IMG/VR virus record: IMGVR_UViG_3300005805_000417 | Location: 1-26,057 of that record | DNA: 26,057 bases | DNA from: a virus | Lineage: Duplodnaviria; Caudoviricetes | Strand: one strand, 5' to 3' | Shown: positions 24,514 through 26,057 of the stretch, one piece after another | Layout of the letters: each line of letters begins with the position of its first letter | Position numbering within the stretch: the first letter of the stretch is position 1 | Notes under the pieces: generated by a model | Databases searched by the model: none | What the model was told of the DNA's origin: nothing | What the model saw: only the letters and a program-made list of their open reading frames with translations | Position numbers and translations under genes: made by a program

Positions 24514-25504
24514 CCGCTCCGGCTTTGCGCCGGCCACCCTTGGCGAGGCGATGGAGTTTTCTAAAATGCTGGCCGACTCCAGCATGGTGCCGCGTGCCTA
24601 CCAGGGCAAGCCGCAGGACATCATGGTCTGCGTGCAGTGGGGCTACGAGCTCGGCCTGGCACCCATGCAGGCGCTGCAGAACATTGCTGTCATCAACGGC
24701 AAGCCCAGCGTCTACGGTGACGCCATGATGGCGCTGGTACAGGCCAGCCCGGTCTGCGAGGGCATCGATGAGCACATCGAAAACGAAGGCACGCCGAACC
24801 CGGTCGCCGTCTGCATCGCCAAGCGCAAGGGGCGCAACCCGGTGATCGCCAGGTTCAGCGTCGAGGATGCCAAGCGGGCAGGGCTGTGGGGCAAGCAGGG
24901 GCCGTGGCAGGCGTACCCGAAGCGCATGCTGCAGATGCGAGCTCGAGGATTTGCCCTGCGCGATGCTTTCCCTGACGTGCTGAAGGGGCTGATCACCGCC
25001 GAGGAGGCAGCCGATTACCCAGATGAGGCCAAGCCGCGGGAGAAGGATGTCACCCCAGCCAAGCCAGCCAACCCGCTGGATGCCATTGCACCGCCCAGCC
25101 TGCCAGAGCCACTGCCGGAGCCGGTCGAGGTGGTAACCGTGGACGAGTATGTGCCAGACCTAAACGAATCGGATCTGCAGAACGATTCTGCAGAATCTGC
25201 AGAACCTGTTGCAGAACCTGTTGTGGTAGGCGACTGGCCGCTGATGGTGCCTGGCAAGGATCAGCCCTACAGCGTCCACCAGACGCAACAGGAATGGCAA
25301 GATGCCTACGAGGAGCTCGCCGACAAGACCGCACGCGCAGGCAAGCGCCCAGCTCGAGAGCGAATGACCATCGTCAAGCAGCTGCGCGACGCCAACCAGG
25401 AACAGCTGGCTCGGATTGATGCGATCGCCAGGATGCGGCACACAGCTGCGTACAGTGGCAGGATCAAGGCTCTGGGGGCTGCGTTACCGCCAGAGGAGAA
25501 GTGA
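24491..25504 (+). CDS. recT: RecT-family single-strand annealing protein (337 aa)
   Basis: VPRAYQGKPQD, GYELGLAPMQALQNIAVINGKPS, WQAYPKRML..RA..FALRDAFPDVLKG; paired with YqaJ; GGAG SD before ATG 24491. Confidence 0.88.
   Translation: MTQLTTTNRSGFAPATLGEAMEFSKMLADSSMVPRAYQGKPQDIMVCVQWGYELGLAPMQALQNIAVINGKPSVYGDAMMALVQASPVCEGIDEHIENEGTPNPVAVCIAKRKGRNPVIARFSVEDAKRAGLWGKQGPWQAYPKRMLQMRARGFALRDAFPDVLKGLITAEEAADYPDEAKPREKDVTPAKPANPLDAIAPPSLPEPLPEPVEVVTVDEYVPDLNESDLQNDSAESAEPVAEPVVVGDWPLMVPGKDQPYSVHQTQQEWQDAYEELADKTARAGKRPARERMTIVKQLRDANQEQLARIDAIARMRHTAAYSGRIKALGAALPPEEK
25176..25223 (+). repeat. Short tandem repeats in the RecT linker
   Basis: TGCAGAA x4 including GCAGAACCTGTT x2. Confidence 0.6.
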
Positions 25505-25529
25505 AAAAACCCCGGCACTCAGGCCGGGG
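25504..25529 (-). terminator. Intrinsic terminator of the lysis/late transcript
   Basis: CCCCGGC/GCCGGGG stem followed by a T6 run on the minus strand, between convergent recT and Rz. Confidence 0.8.
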
Positions 25530-25593
25530 AAAACCCCAGCGGGCTGTTGTGATGGCGAAGGAGTAGGCCCAGCCCGAGGAGCGGTCGTTGCGG

Positions 25594-26049
25594 TTAATGC
25601 TTTCTCATTGCTTCGTATTGCTTGAGGCATTGGTTGAGGGAGGTGCGGAGCTCGTCGGCTCGGGCAGCCTCCCTTGCAAGAAATTCTGCATCCTCTCGAG
25701 AAAGGCTTGCTCCAGTGCAGACGGGGACGGGGCATCCAGAACCGGTGGCACTGGACACGGCACTTGTCTCGGTGCGGGCGGGGCGCTTGCGCAGGCTGTC
25801 AGCAAGGGAAGCAGCGCGAGCGTTAATCGTCCTGATCTCATCATCCTTCTCCCGTCTCAGCTGGTCTGCGTTGGCCTGCAGCGCCTGCTCTTTCTCACGC
25901 GCAGCGGCCATCGCCTTGGCGTGCTCCTCTGCCAGCTGCGCACGCTCACGATCCCACGCCGCCTGCACCTTGGCCTCGCCAGCGTTATGGCCGCGCCAGT
26001 ACCCGGCACTGCCGGCAATGGCAGCCACCAGTACGCAGCCAGCGGCCAT
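25594..26049 (-). CDS. Rz: Inner-membrane spanin (Rz-like); true start may lie just outside the window
   Basis: N-terminal TM segment, coiled coil, C-terminal Cys; nested lipoprotein gene. Confidence 0.85.
   Translation of the reverse strand: MAAGCVLVAAIAGSAGYWRGHNAGEAKVQAAWDRERAQLAEEHAKAMAAAREKEQALQANADQLRREKDDEIRTINARAASLADSLRKRPARTETSAVSSATGSGCPVPVCTGASLSREDAEFLAREAARADELRTSLNQCLKQYEAMRKH
25605..25844 (-). CDS. Rz1: Outer-membrane lipoprotein spanin (Rz1-like), embedded in Rz
   Basis: Signal peptide with lipobox LTAC; Pro-rich mature part; different frame, entirely inside Rz. Confidence 0.85.
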   Translation of the reverse strand: MMRSGRLTLALLPLLTACASAPPAPRQVPCPVPPVLDAPSPSALEQAFLERMQNFLQGRLPEPTSSAPPSTNASSNTKQ

Positions 26050-26057
26050 GTGTAGAG

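Larger units (their letters stand above)
1..26057. mobile_element. Podovirus-type dsDNA bacteriophage genome segment (T7-like portal/tail-tube virion module, lambda-like initiator/Red-type early module)
   Basis: Contiguous terS-terL-portal-scaffold-capsid-tail tubular A/B-internal proteins, plus YqaJ/RecT and Rz/Rz1; no host housekeeping genes in the window. Confidence 0.97.

Noticed and set aside
25540-25576. CGGGCTG/CAGCCCG inverted repeat as possible attP
   Set aside because: Only 7 bp in GC-rich DNA with no adjacent integrase; could equally be a 3' UTR hairpin
1-26057. Diversity-generating retroelement, tRNA genes, introns/inteins
   Set aside because: No reverse transcriptase, TR/VR pair, cloverleaf or interrupted gene seen; terL and portal have normal lengths

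Overview
This 26 kb window is most of the genome of a GC-rich, short-tailed (podovirus-type) dsDNA phage. The host is probably beta/gamma-proteobacterial, inferred from a CTG-N10-CAG LexA box and nested Rz/Rz1 spanins. The minus strand (1-21336) is one long gene run. In transcription order it holds an RHH regulator, an Hjc-type resolvase, small proteins, a PAPS-reductase-family enzyme, HTH proteins, a replication initiator with internal iterons, an SSB-like protein, terS, terL, a cupin, small virion-associated proteins, portal, scaffold, major capsid, a cement-like protein, tail tubular A and B, and four internal/ejection proteins. The last of these runs off the left edge and is missing from the ORF track. 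The plus strand (21520-25504) is a short early operon: small serine recombinase, membrane peptide, a LexA-boxed gene, YqaJ exonuclease and RecT. It converges on the end of the lysis module (Rz/Rz1). No tyrosine integrase, CI-type repressor, DNA polymerase, primase or helicase is visible. Most interesting: (i) two ejection proteins share an N-terminal leader, and one ends in an AT-richer domain with ADP-ribosyltransferase-like motifs; (ii) a possible CI-less switch built from an RHH protein, a serine recombinase and an SOS box; (iii) two candidate structured RNAs; (iv) a shared late-promoter signature. All assignments come from reading motifs and synteny by eye; no searches were run.
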